From contig DAFS01000037.1 of assembly GCA_002495525.1 (NCBI GenBank), positions 19,103 to 83,102 on the forward strand: 64,000 bases of DNA. The letters run 5' to 3'. The notes under the pieces were generated by a model. The model saw nothing but the letters and a program-made list of their open reading frames with translations, searched no databases and had not been told where the DNA came from. This document shows, one piece after another, positions 29,301 to 38,326 of the stretch. The position numbers and the translations under genes are program-made. This DNA is from Euryarchaeota archaeon UBA89 (GTDB lineage Archaea; Thermoplasmatota; Poseidoniia; Poseidoniales; Thalassarchaeaceae). Positions within the stretch are counted from its first letter, which is position 1, and each line of letters opens with the position of its first letter.

Positions 29301-31157
29301 CCAGGGACTTATCAGCCTAATTTTGCCCAATCTTCTTGTATAGATGCAGATTCAGGATATTACGTTGATTCATATCAAGCAATTAGTCAAGAACCGTGTT
29401 CATTAGGTACTTACCAGCCACAAGCCGCACAAATCGGTTGTTATGGAGCAGATCCTGGTCATTATGTCGATTTACCTGCTGCTGCGATTCAAACTCCTTG
29501 TCCAGCCGGTTTTTACAACCCCTCTTCTTTATCGACAAACTCTGAATCATGTATTAGTGCGGATCTAGGATATTTTGTCCCATCAGAGGGGTCATCTTCA
29601 CAATTTATCTGTTTGGAAGGTACTTACCAGTCATCTGAAGGTCAATCATCATGTATAGATTCTCCAGAAGGAGCATATGTAATGAATCCGGGACAATCAG
29701 AATTTATTGAATGTCTGGAAGGAACATTTCAACCTAATGCAAAGTCGGTAAATTGTTTAGACGCAGAAATTGGGCATTTCTCATCAGGAAAGATGTCAAT
29801 CAGTCAGATACCTTGTCCAGCGGGAACTTATCAGCCTAATTCTGGTCAATCTTCATGTCTAGATGCAGATATCGGTTACTATGTTTCCTCAGAAGGTCAA
29901 TCTTCTCAAGAGATTAATCCATTTGATTTCTATACCGATTCTCCCGGTAGTTCTTTTCTCACCCAATGTCCAAGCAACTATATTACAATAATTGAGGGTG
30001 CAACATCGATTAATAATTGCCTATTAGATTCTGATTCAGATAGGATTATTGATGAAGATGATATTGATGATGATGGTGATGGTAGGTTAGATTCTGTAGA
30101 TTCTTGTAGCCCTGGAGTAATTGGTTGGATTAGTAATTCAACGACAGATATTGATGGTGATGGATGTAAAGATGATATTGAGGATTCCGATGATGATAAT
30201 GATTCAATTTTAGATCAATACGATGCTTTCCCTCTCGATTCAAGTGAATCTATTGATACAGATTCCGATGGGATTGGTGATAACCAAGATACAGACGATG
30301 ATGGAGATGGTTGGTCTGATTTGCAAGAATCTACTTGTGAAACGGATTCATTAATATCTCAGTCCGTACCTATTGACACAGATTCTGATGGAGAATGTGA
30401 CATTGCAGACTCAGATGATGATGGAGATGGTGAATTGGATGTAAGTGATTGGGCTCCATTAGATGCTAATGAGTGGCTTGATACTGATGGAGATGGCATT
30501 GGTAACAATGCCGATAGTGATGACGATAACGATGGCTGGTCAGATATTAAAGAAATTGAAGAAGGTACTAATCCCCTTCTTCCAGACACAGATACAGATT
30601 CTTATATCGATTCTAATGATGAATTCCCTAATGATATTTCAGAATGGATTGATTCAGACGATGATGGAGTAGGAGATAACTCAGATTCTCATCCTGGTAT
30701 CAAATATTTCCAAACCAACCTACAATTTATATTAGCAATTTCTGGAGGAGTTATATTACTAGCTGTATTTGGCTATCTAGCTGTCATTACCCTGCGTAGG
30801 AAGCCTGAAAATATCAGTGAATCAAAACCTGAAGAAAATGAATTAATTGAAGTTGATTATCCTCATGAAGGAATGTCAGAGCCTAATGCTGAATTAGAAA
30901 ATAATAATTTAGTAGAGGATTCTTCTGAAGAAGAAACAGAAGTTGTCAGAGATACTTCTCACATTGATGCTTTGCTTAATGAGTTGCCAACTCCTCCAAA
31001 ACCTCAGGTTATATCGCCACCTGAAGGAACACCTGTGAACGAATACGGGCAAAGAGTATGGGCGGATGAGACGGGTCAAGTTTGGTGCTTAAATTCTGAT
31101 GGTTCAATATTAAGGCATGATGCCGCAACTGGCGGATGGGTTCAATATCATAACTAA
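26379..31157 (+). CDS. Large cell-surface mosaic protein: RCC1/BLIP-II-like repeats, Cys-rich GCC2/GCC3-like repeats, TSP3-like Ca-binding repeats, C-terminal TM
   Basis: Signal peptide; HxCAILDDG.V.CWG.N..GQLG repeats; repeated C..GTYQ...Q..C....G.Y units; DxDxDG..D..D.FP repeats; TM followed by RRK. Confidence 0.85.
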   Translation: MSNNQSSQKNLAVSICILFLLVPLLGIIEFPEDIEISEDTEFSSVVRTSSAMNSPGSERGSVFTNSVLELNAGSPTLVLNNGSLVSFDNGSPIFSEGNVISISGQCSLLSNFSLFCSGINNYGQLGLGDQQLLSGYVDFGNKIPAALSEGNNHYCAILDDGSVSCWGRNNNGQLGDGTNANRNSPVSVNLGTNKTAVSISSSNDFSCVLLNTGEISCWGDNSYGILADGTTSNSNSPVIVNHSVGERAVSIATPGYSVCAIFSSGNISCWGESYTISSSNSNLISGSISITLPSNRTAISLDGTGSHVCTILDNNSINCWGLNTYGQLGNGECSSVIPSSGCTGTNANSPQYVNLSNVIAISSGSDSTCSINTNYQLYCWGKQEQIFDNTSNSKLSPYLMNFSASDVSYSDQDMDGDGIVNDLDVHMSGDDDGDGVPSPTDPYPSNPARWMDCELGSWGRIDCTESSLGHFSLFSALYQSECDLGEYQHQTGKSYCNQASAGHYVDSIASANQSICPEGYYQNQIHSSSCVISNPGSFVSLTTGDAGNTNTSSYNLSSTSASYTGRIGNQYDNYDYYNINIAKFHHISVSIESSNAEVNISLYDQSMVLLDINNSLSAEPIVSTNLTSSSSTRNIFIVIEKVNSTGDYHMNLTYYTSDGSNVIGDIFNLIDSEIGVDESLCSAGTFESGFGSSSCTAAAQGYFVPNAGSISQTPCSPGTYQGLSGQTSCLNTSPGYYTAAYGSFIPTPASLGYYVNTTGATNQIACLPGTYQNQTAQTSCIDTDAGYFTSSSGSPAQIPCSNGTYQPNTNQESCILSSPGYHVPNNASSTQIPCNPGTYQPFSGRSDCIDASPGYYASLAASTNQSPCEIGSFQPNSGQIRCLAADPGHFVDTNASVTQTACDLGTYQPYSSSSSCFDAGPGHYVDSTGSSSQIACLIGTYNPNIASNSSTSCLESEQGYYVPNNGSSVQLVCLPGTYQPNFAQSSCIDADSGYYVDSYQAISQEPCSLGTYQPQAAQIGCYGADPGHYVDLPAAAIQTPCPAGFYNPSSLSTNSESCISADLGYFVPSEGSSSQFICLEGTYQSSEGQSSCIDSPEGAYVMNPGQSEFIECLEGTFQPNAKSVNCLDAEIGHFSSGKMSISQIPCPAGTYQPNSGQSSCLDADIGYYVSSEGQSSQEINPFDFYTDSPGSSFLTQCPSNYITIIEGATSINNCLLDSDSDRIIDEDDIDDDGDGRLDSVDSCSPGVIGWISNSTTDIDGDGCKDDIEDSDDDNDSILDQYDAFPLDSSESIDTDSDGIGDNQDTDDDGDGWSDLQESTCETDSLISQSVPIDTDSDGECDIADSDDDGDGELDVSDWAPLDANEWLDTDGDGIGNNADSDDDNDGWSDIKEIEEGTNPLLPDTDTDSYIDSNDEFPNDISEWIDSDDDGVGDNSDSHPGIKYFQTNLQFILAISGGVILLAVFGYLAVITLRRKPENISESKPEENELIEVDYPHEGMSEPNAELENNNLVEDSSEEETEVVRDTSHIDALLNELPTPPKPQVISPPEGTPVNEYGQRVWADETGQVWCLNSDGSILRHDAATGGWVQYHN
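27735..30020 (+). repeat. Tandem ~34-aa Cys-rich coding repeats (about 15-17 copies, interrupted by one beta-sandwich domain near 28020-28350)
   Basis: Recurrent CxxG(T/S)(Y/F)Q motifs in translation; degenerate at DNA level. Boundaries approximate. Confidence 0.75.
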
Positions 31158-31159
31158 TA

Positions 31160-32140
31160 TTAGAATTGTATAACGTTAGCACCCCATGCTAAACCGCCAC
31201 CGAAAGCTGCTGTAACTATCAAATCACCATTATTAATTAGTCCCTTTTCCATTGCTTCTTTCATTGCAATGGGTACACTCGCACCTGCTGTATTACCATA
31301 TTTATGTAAATTAGTGTAGGTTTTTTCCATTCCAAGGCCTAATTTCTCCATTCCTGTTTTGATAATGTTAATATTTGCTTGATGAGGGATCACTAAATCA
31401 ACATCCTCAATACTTTTCCCTGCTCTACGTAATGATTCATTCACTGCTTGAGGAAAAGCATCTATGGCGAAATTCCATACTGCTCTCCCATCCATATGGA
31501 AATATTGTGCACCTTCTACAAATTCATCTGAATCAAATGGTGTTCTCACTCCTCCAGCTGGTATTTCTATTACAGATGAACCAGATCCATCAGACATTAG
31601 CCATGAACTAATGATTCCCTTTCCTTCCTTAACCTCAGACAATACGGCTGCCCCTGCTCCATCTCCAAACAATACACAGGTCGCTCTATCTTTCCAGTTC
31701 AATATTCGTGAGTAAATTTCTGAACCAACAACGAGGACATTTCGATAATCATTTGTGCCTACATATCTACTCCCTATATCTAACGCATGAATCCATCCAG
31801 CACATACTGCATTGATATCAAAAGCCGCACAATCAGTACATCCTAATTTATCTTGAATTATTCCAGCAGTAGATGATAATGGCACATCAGGAGATGAGGT
31901 TGCCAGAATGATTAAATCAATATCTCTAGGTTTTAATTTAGCATCATCTAAAGCCTGTCTACACGCTTCTACTGCCAGATCTGAAGTACATACATCGGAA
32001 CTGGCAATCCTTCTTTTTTTCATTCCTGTTTTTGTAGTAATCCATTCGTCACTTGTGTCTACATATTCCATCCAGTCTTCATTACTCATTTCATTTGGTG
32101 GTACATATGCTCCCAATCCAATAATGCCAACCGATACCAT
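31160..32140 (-). CDS. fabH: Beta-ketoacyl synthase III (FabH-type)
   Basis: DTSDEWI..KTG, FDIxAxCAG (Cys), DR.T..LFGDGAGA, MDG..V, HQAN (His), GNTxxAS (Asn), AFGGGL.WG. Confidence 0.93.
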   Translation of the reverse strand: MVSVGIIGLGAYVPPNEMSNEDWMEYVDTSDEWITTKTGMKKRRIASSDVCTSDLAVEACRQALDDAKLKPRDIDLIILATSSPDVPLSSTAGIIQDKLGCTDCAAFDINAVCAGWIHALDIGSRYVGTNDYRNVLVVGSEIYSRILNWKDRATCVLFGDGAGAAVLSEVKEGKGIISSWLMSDGSGSSVIEIPAGGVRTPFDSDEFVEGAQYFHMDGRAVWNFAIDAFPQAVNESLRRAGKSIEDVDLVIPHQANINIIKTGMEKLGLGMEKTYTNLHKYGNTAGASVPIAMKEAMEKGLINNGDLIVTAAFGGGLAWGANVIQF

Positions 32141-32272
32141 ATTCTACTCTATGCCGGATAACTATACTTTCAGTCTTACCCTATATTTTTGGAGAAAAGT
32201 AGTATTAGTTTATACGAGCATTAGTACCATATGTAAGCCAAACATGAAATCTAAGGAGCGTTTCATAGATGC

Positions 32273-33634
32273 ATGGCGTCGTTTGGAGACCATCCTTTAC
32301 TACCGGATTCATTAGAATCTATTTTGGTAGACGAATCAGTGTCAACAATCTTTCTTAAAGCAGAATGTAAACCTCGAGTAAAGAGTGGGCATATATCTTC
32401 TTTGAGCCTAAATGAATTAGATCTAGAAGTTTGGGATAAACCAAATTTATTGACTCTTTCAGAAGATCTTTCGTTAATTATTGATCAGAATTCTACCCGC
32501 TCTGATTGTTTCATAGAGATAGAACGTGAAGGTTGTAAAGTCATGCAAATAGGCGATCTTCGTGTGAGTTGTGCTTGGCCACCTTTCTCAGATGCTTGGG
32601 AAATAACTGTTGTCAGACCTGTAGCAAATCTACAATTATCAGACTACAAATTAGATGATGAACTTGTGAATAGATTATCTAACCATCATCGTGGCGTATT
32701 CGTAGTGGGTAAACCAGGTTCTGGTAAGACCACTTTCGCACAAGCTATTGCCTCATATTTAGATTCAGAGATGGGAGCAATGGTGAAGACTATGGAATCT
32801 CCTAGAGACTTACAAGTACCACAAAGAGTCACTCAATACGCGCCTTTAGAAGGTGACTTAGAAAAAACAGCAGAGATTATTTTCTTACTAAGGCCAGATT
32901 TTGTAATATTTGACGAAGTTCGTCGTGCTAGGGATTTCGAGATATTTGGTGATGTACGTTTAGCAGGAGTAGGACTTCTGGGGGTAACTCATGCTAATAG
33001 TGGATTACAAGCAATTCAAAGATTAGTCGGAAAAGTTGAGTTAGGCTTAATTTCTCAAGTTCTTGACACAGTAATCCATATTGAAAAAGGAAAAATAAAT
33101 CAAGTATTAGAATTAAAGATGGTTGTCAGAGCTCCGTCAGGGATGGAATCAGATTTGAGTCGTCCAGTTATTGAAATCAGAGAGTTCCCTTCTAATCGTT
33201 TGACTCATGAAATGTTTGCTTTTGGTTCTGAAATTGCAGTAGTTCCCGTTAATGCTTCTAATGAAGAAGGAGGAAGCCCTGCTTGGAAATTGGCTGCAGA
33301 AGAACTCAAGAGAGAGGCTACAAGACTTACAGGTATAACTGTCAAACATGCAAAATTTGTTACTGATTCTGCTGCTGTAATTTACATTGATGATTCTGCT
33401 ATAGGTTCTATGATTGGACCAGGAGGAGAAGGAATTCGTAGACTCGAACAAGATTTAGGTCTGAAATTAGATGTTAATTCAGTACAAGAGCTTCCTAGAG
33501 GTCTAAGGAAGAAATTACAAAAAAATAGTGATTCTAATTTTGATGCTAGCGCATGGTCGAATAAACCTGGAAGAAATTGGGAATATAATTCAGGGAAATC
33601 AAAACGAGGTAAAGGCAGAAAGGGCCGCCGATGA
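32273..33634 (+). CDS. PINA-like ATPase with KH domain, lacking the N-terminal PIN domain
   Basis: PPFSD..EIT.VRP, G.PGSGKTTFAQA, KTMESPRDLQV, TQY, RPD...FDEVR, G.GxxGV.HA, AIQR..G..ELG; KH IG.GG..I..LE..LG. Confidence 0.85.
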   Translation: MASFGDHPLLPDSLESILVDESVSTIFLKAECKPRVKSGHISSLSLNELDLEVWDKPNLLTLSEDLSLIIDQNSTRSDCFIEIEREGCKVMQIGDLRVSCAWPPFSDAWEITVVRPVANLQLSDYKLDDELVNRLSNHHRGVFVVGKPGSGKTTFAQAIASYLDSEMGAMVKTMESPRDLQVPQRVTQYAPLEGDLEKTAEIIFLLRPDFVIFDEVRRARDFEIFGDVRLAGVGLLGVTHANSGLQAIQRLVGKVELGLISQVLDTVIHIEKGKINQVLELKMVVRAPSGMESDLSRPVIEIREFPSNRLTHEMFAFGSEIAVVPVNASNEEGGSPAWKLAAEELKREATRLTGITVKHAKFVTDSAAVIYIDDSAIGSMIGPGGEGIRRLEQDLGLKLDVNSVQELPRGLRKKLQKNSDSNFDASAWSNKPGRNWEYNSGKSKRGKGRKGRR

Positions 33635-35089
33635 TTATTTGTGTTTTGTACAAATATTCATAGCTTCAGAGAAGAAACTTAAACTCCATCTTCCTCCTTC
33701 TCTACCAACTCCCGAATCTTTTACTCCTCCAAATGGGACTCTTAAATCTCTATGTAGCCACGTATTAATCCAAATCATTCCTGTATGTATTGATTCTGCA
33801 ACTCTATTACCCTTTTCAAGATCATTAGTCCAAATGCTTCCTGCTAAGCCATATCTGGTATTATTAGCAATTTCAATGGCCTCCTTTTCATTAGTAAATT
33901 TATGAATAGTAACTACTGGTCCAAATATCTCTTCCGTTGAACAACGAGAATTAACATCCAAATCAGCAATTACTGTTGGAGAAATCCAATTTCCATTTTC
34001 ATATTCTTTCGAAAGATTAGGATAACCTCCGGTAAGTATCGTTCCTCCTTCTTCTTTGGCTATTTCGATATATTCTTCAATTTTTGAAAGGTGTTGGGGT
34101 GAAATCAATGCACCTAACTTTGTATTTTCGTCAGAGGGGTCCCCAATTTTCATACTTTCAACCTCTGAAATAAATTTTTCTACAAATTCTTCATATATTT
34201 TTTCTTGAACTAGGATTCTACTACCGCAAAGGCAAACCTGACCCTGATTAAGGAAACCAGATCTCACTACTCCTTTGACTGTGTTTTCAAGATCGCAATC
34301 ATCAAAAATTATACTCGCATTTTTACCCCCTAACTCTAAGCTTAATTTTTTGAAAGAACTTGCAGCCGACTTAGCAACTATGGAACCCGTTGAAGTTCCT
34401 CCAGTGAATGAAACTAAGGATACATTTTCATGCGAAACTAGTGGTGAACCGGCACCCATTCCATCTCCATGAACCAGATTAACTACTCCTTTCGGTAACC
34501 CGATTTCATCTACAGTTTTCATAAGTAAATCTGCAGTTAGGGGTGTCATTTCACTCGGCTTACAAACTACTGTATTCCCCATTCCTATTGCGGGAGCAAC
34601 TTTCCATGAAAGTAAGTAAAGTGGTAAGTTCCATGGAGTAATTAGAGCCCCTACTCCAACCGGTTTGTATATCACTCTATTAGTGGCATCTTCCATATCA
34701 AATATTTCAATATCTAGATTTCTAATCATTTCTGCAAAAAATCTAAAGTTTTTAACTGAACGATAAGCATCTACTTCTCTAGCCAAACTGATTGGTTTTC
34801 CAGTATCTTTACTCTCCAATCTCGCAATTTCTTCGTATTTGGTTTCTAATTTGTCTGCTATTTTATCTAGCCAATTTGCCCTATCTATATTTGTTAGTGA
34901 AGACCAAGATGGTAAAGCTTTCTTTGCAGCATCAACTGCCATATTTATGTCATTTTGACCTGATTTCGGTACTAATGCAATAACTTCTCCGGTAGCAGGG
35001 GAGAAATCTTCTAACCATTCCCCTGTATCTGGTTCAATAAATTTCCCAGATATATAATTCAGGAGATTCAATTCATCATCTCCTGTCAT
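33635..35089 (-). CDS. Aldehyde dehydrogenase, 2-aminomuconate/2-hydroxymuconate semialdehyde dehydrogenase (ALDH8A1-like) clade
   Basis: PWNLPLYLLSWK, KPSE.TP, FTGGT, LELGGKN, NQGQVCLCGSR, EEIFGPV, RDLRVPFGG.K.SG.GREGG. Confidence 0.85.
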   Translation of the reverse strand: MTGDDELNLLNYISGKFIEPDTGEWLEDFSPATGEVIALVPKSGQNDINMAVDAAKKALPSWSSLTNIDRANWLDKIADKLETKYEEIARLESKDTGKPISLAREVDAYRSVKNFRFFAEMIRNLDIEIFDMEDATNRVIYKPVGVGALITPWNLPLYLLSWKVAPAIGMGNTVVCKPSEMTPLTADLLMKTVDEIGLPKGVVNLVHGDGMGAGSPLVSHENVSLVSFTGGTSTGSIVAKSAASSFKKLSLELGGKNASIIFDDCDLENTVKGVVRSGFLNQGQVCLCGSRILVQEKIYEEFVEKFISEVESMKIGDPSDENTKLGALISPQHLSKIEEYIEIAKEEGGTILTGGYPNLSKEYENGNWISPTVIADLDVNSRCSTEEIFGPVVTIHKFTNEKEAIEIANNTRYGLAGSIWTNDLEKGNRVAESIHTGMIWINTWLHRDLRVPFGGVKDSGVGREGGRWSLSFFSEAMNICTKHK

Positions 35090-36258
35090 ATCCCTTCATT
35101 AGAAAATGGGTCTTTTCGTGTCATTGCAGCAGAGTATTCATTCCAGTCTAGGTTAAATCTATCTTGATCAGGGTCCCACTCATCCCAAGTAACTACTTTT
35201 TCTAATTTTTCCTGATAACTTTCTGGAACAATTCCTGGTACGATAAATGCTTTTTGTCTATGTAATGGGTAAGGATTTCTAAGTTCAATACCTAATACTC
35301 CCATTACAGCTCTTGCCACATACCATGTTGCCTGAGAATTCCATCCATGAGCGATTTTAATTACAATTCCTAAACCCTTTGGCCAATCTGGATGTTCGAT
35401 TGCCAGGCCTAATAATCCATCTGCTCCTTCCTTAGCAATCAATTTTCCATTTCCTGCTTTCAGGCATGTTGAATCGAGGCGATTGAATCCACCTATTAAA
35501 TCAGGATTCTTATTCATCGCTTCCCAAATCCAGTCATCATCTTTCTTTGCAACTAGTCCTGCGAACATTACTGCAAGCTCATCAACTGTGTTTGATACAG
35601 TAGGCAATCCACAACCATCTTTAGCAACTCTTTTAGGTTCCCAGTCAGGTTTATTCATGTATTCTTTTAGAACATCTAGAAATAATGGGAACCAAGGTGT
35701 ACTAGGTAGTGTATAACCTGCTCTACTCATCCCCATCTTCCGCATTCCTTTCAATAAAGCAGCATGTTCTCCTGAGCATGTATGAAACCACCTCCTTGGT
35801 CTTCTTACCTGTCTTCCAAACTGTATCAGTGGCACGTCTAAGGGGCATTGCATTAATCCCCATTCAGATTCTGTGAGTATAGATTGTGCAGCAGCGACAT
35901 GTTCAGTGTCTCCATTATGGGATGAGCAAGAAATTGCTTTCTGTTCCCATGTTAATTCGTCTTCTAGGACCTTTGCGAAGGGTTTCATCATCAATGGTTT
36001 CATCATAGATCTCCCATAAATAAGTACATTACCGCCAAAAGAGTGTATAATTTCATTTCCATGAGCCCATGCAACAGCACCATGGATTGTATTTTCAGAT
36101 ACATCCATTCTCCTAAAGTCCACTAATGGTTCCCATTCTACGTCTCTACCTGTTGCTATACCTTCATGCATCTCACCAAGAGGGTTTGTTGGAAATAATG
36201 TAGATCCGGGTCTACCAGGGGATACTGATGAAGGTCTTGAATTTTTTTCTTCTGCCAT
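35086..36258 (-). CDS. Class 3 (Rhizobium etli-type, Asparaginase_II) asparaginase-like amidohydrolase
   Basis: RSxxKP, SSHxG, CSGEH (canonical CSGKH), DGCG.P, AKxGA.G, KI..G. Start ATG 36258 with GGAGAG upstream. Confidence 0.75.
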   Translation of the reverse strand: MAEEKNSRPSSVSPGRPGSTLFPTNPLGEMHEGIATGRDVEWEPLVDFRRMDVSENTIHGAVAWAHGNEIIHSFGGNVLIYGRSMMKPLMMKPFAKVLEDELTWEQKAISCSSHNGDTEHVAAAQSILTESEWGLMQCPLDVPLIQFGRQVRRPRRWFHTCSGEHAALLKGMRKMGMSRAGYTLPSTPWFPLFLDVLKEYMNKPDWEPKRVAKDGCGLPTVSNTVDELAVMFAGLVAKKDDDWIWEAMNKNPDLIGGFNRLDSTCLKAGNGKLIAKEGADGLLGLAIEHPDWPKGLGIVIKIAHGWNSQATWYVARAVMGVLGIELRNPYPLHRQKAFIVPGIVPESYQEKLEKVVTWDEWDPDQDRFNLDWNEYSAAMTRKDPFSNEGI

Positions 36259-36259
36259 T

Positions 36260-37501
36260 TTATTTCTCTCCGTTAACAATAGGTGCGACTTCATCCATAA
36301 AAGCCTTCATATTTCTTTGAACTCTTTCACTATTATGATTAAAGAAATCGAACCAACACATTAATTTATCATTTTTGTCGAATCTTTGAATTATTTGTTG
36401 GGCTACTTCTTCTACATTTCCGATTACAGCATTGTCAGACGCTCTTTCGACTTTCGATGGATCTATTGTTCCTTCCAACGCACTCCAGTATGTATTCAAT
36501 GCGGCTTTTGCTTCTTCTTTAGCAGCAATACTTTGCTCTTCAGATGAAAGTCCATCTTCATTATTGACAAATACCATTATTGTTCTAGGCATCATACTTC
36601 TATTCCATTTCCCGCCATCTACATGGTAATTTTCATCCATTCTTTCATGAGTTTCTTCAATTATATGTGGAGGGGTGATACTTAGATTAAACACTTGAAC
36701 AGGTCTCCACTTATTGACCTCAATCTGTAATTTTGGATCATGACTTCCTAGAACAAGATTTAGTAAATCTCTTCTCCAATTCTGAGGAATTGTCTTTATT
36801 TCTTCAAAATCATACCTATGTGGTATTTCGATTTTTTCAGTTACTTCGTTCTGATTACTGAACTCTTTTGCAGCAATTTGAACTTTTTCCCAATCTTCAT
36901 CTGAACGAAAATTTTCTCTTGTAAGAATAGTATCTCTAATCATATTTGAAGAAATAACTTCACCATTTAATAGTCTTAGAAAAATTTCTGACGCTTCTCC
37001 AAATATTTGTCCTCTTAGAGCAGGCCAAGCAGCTTCTTCAACTATATTTCTCGGAATTATTCCGTATGGCCTCGCCATAAATTCAAATCTTCCTGCTGAA
37101 AATCCGATATGCAATCTTCTTTCTTCTGTATCATCCATTCCATGTAATGCTAGAAATGCTCCAACACGTTCGGCAATTGCGATAGGTCCTCCAGAAGCTA
37201 GAATTGATAAAACTGCACTACCTACTTCCATCTTCTTAGTTCTGGAAAACATTTTTTGAGCAATTTGAAAGAAGTCTGTACAGAGTCCAACTTCTCCTGG
37301 GTAATGTGGCACTACTGGAGTATTATTTCTTTTTTGAATTTCAGTTGATAGATGTGCTTGTGCTACCCATCCAACCCCAAATCCTAATTCATCGGCTAAT
37401 TCAACTTGTTCAAAGAAATTAGAGAACATTTCATTTTCAGAAGGAATATATCCTGATGTATCTGGCGTCTGAGAAATTGAAAAGAATATATCGAATAACA
37501 T
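36260..37501 (-). CDS. Luciferase-like (LLM) flavin-dependent oxidoreductase
   Basis: ADELGF...WV..H, T....VGSAV, P...AE, RL.IG...G, IG..EEV...I, C-terminal M..F..EV.P. Start ATG 37501. Confidence 0.82.
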   Translation of the reverse strand: MLFDIFFSISQTPDTSGYIPSENEMFSNFFEQVELADELGFGVGWVAQAHLSTEIQKRNNTPVVPHYPGEVGLCTDFFQIAQKMFSRTKKMEVGSAVLSILASGGPIAIAERVGAFLALHGMDDTEERRLHIGFSAGRFEFMARPYGIIPRNIVEEAAWPALRGQIFGEASEIFLRLLNGEVISSNMIRDTILTRENFRSDEDWEKVQIAAKEFSNQNEVTEKIEIPHRYDFEEIKTIPQNWRRDLLNLVLGSHDPKLQIEVNKWRPVQVFNLSITPPHIIEETHERMDENYHVDGGKWNRSMMPRTIMVFVNNEDGLSSEEQSIAAKEEAKAALNTYWSALEGTIDPSKVERASDNAVIGNVEEVAQQIIQRFDKNDKLMCWFDFFNHNSERVQRNMKAFMDEVAPIVNGEK

Positions 37502-37511
37502 TATTACACAC

Positions 37512-38318
37512 TCAAATTGAACGCATTCTTCCGCCATCTACTGCTAAGCTAATTCCTCTGACAGAGCCGCTACTTGGTAAACAAAGCCATGTAACTGCTG
37601 CTCCAGTTTCTAATGGGTCGATTAGTCTCTGAATTGGTACTGAATCCATCCATTTATCTTGAACTGATTGTATTGAGCCTCCAGTCCTATCTGAAATTGA
37701 TTTGGCAAGTGATCCAAGCCTATCTGTATCTGTAAATCCTGGAAGAATATTATTTATCGTGATGCAAGGGCTCAACTCTCTTGAAAGAGATTTAGCCCAT
37801 GAACCCATGGCCCCTCTCAGTGTATTTGAGAGTCCAATGTTATCTATTGGCTCTCTTACGGATGTAGAAATAATATTTACAATTCTACCATATCCTTCAC
37901 TTTCCATAATTGGAGTCAGAATCTGAGTGATAGTATGTGCTGCATGCAGATGTCTTTTGAACGGGGCATCAAAATCATGTATTGTATTCGATAATAATGG
38001 TCCACCTGGTGGCCCTCCTGCATTGTTAACTAAAATATGTATATTTTTATTTTCAATTAATTTATTTATTTTCGATTCTAAAGTAGAAGTATCTTCTAAA
38101 TCAAGTATTAATTTTGAATGTCCACTACCATACATTTCTTCAAGTAAATCATCTAATTTATCCGAAGACCTAGCGCATACAACAACCTTTGCTCCTGCTC
38201 TCGCAAGCATTAATGAAGTAGCTCTACCTATACCTTTCGATGCACCACATACAAGTGCATTTTTACCGTTTAGTATTCCGTCTGCATAAGGAAATTCTGA
38301 GTCTAATATTTTATCCAT
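37512..38318 (-). CDS. Short-chain dehydrogenase/reductase
   Basis: GASKGIG, LVNNAGGPPGG, GRIVNI.S, SNxxR (non-YxxxK subtype), N.ILPG.T.T.RL, VDGG. Confidence 0.9.
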   Translation of the reverse strand: MDKILDSEFPYADGILNGKNALVCGASKGIGRATSLMLARAGAKVVVCARSSDKLDDLLEEMYGSGHSKLILDLEDTSTLESKINKLIENKNIHILVNNAGGPPGGPLLSNTIHDFDAPFKRHLHAAHTITQILTPIMESEGYGRIVNIISTSVREPIDNIGLSNTLRGAMGSWAKSLSRELSPCITINNILPGFTDTDRLGSLAKSISDRTGGSIQSVQDKWMDSVPIQRLIDPLETGAAVTWLCLPSSGSVRGISLAVDGGRMRSI

Positions 38319-38326
38319 TTTTTCAC

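Noticed and set aside
27735..30700. Periodic sequence as a possible CRISPR array or DNA tandem repeat
   Set aside because: Repeats are degenerate, in frame and protein-level (Cys-rich and TSP3-like); no identical repeat-spacer structure and no cas genes.
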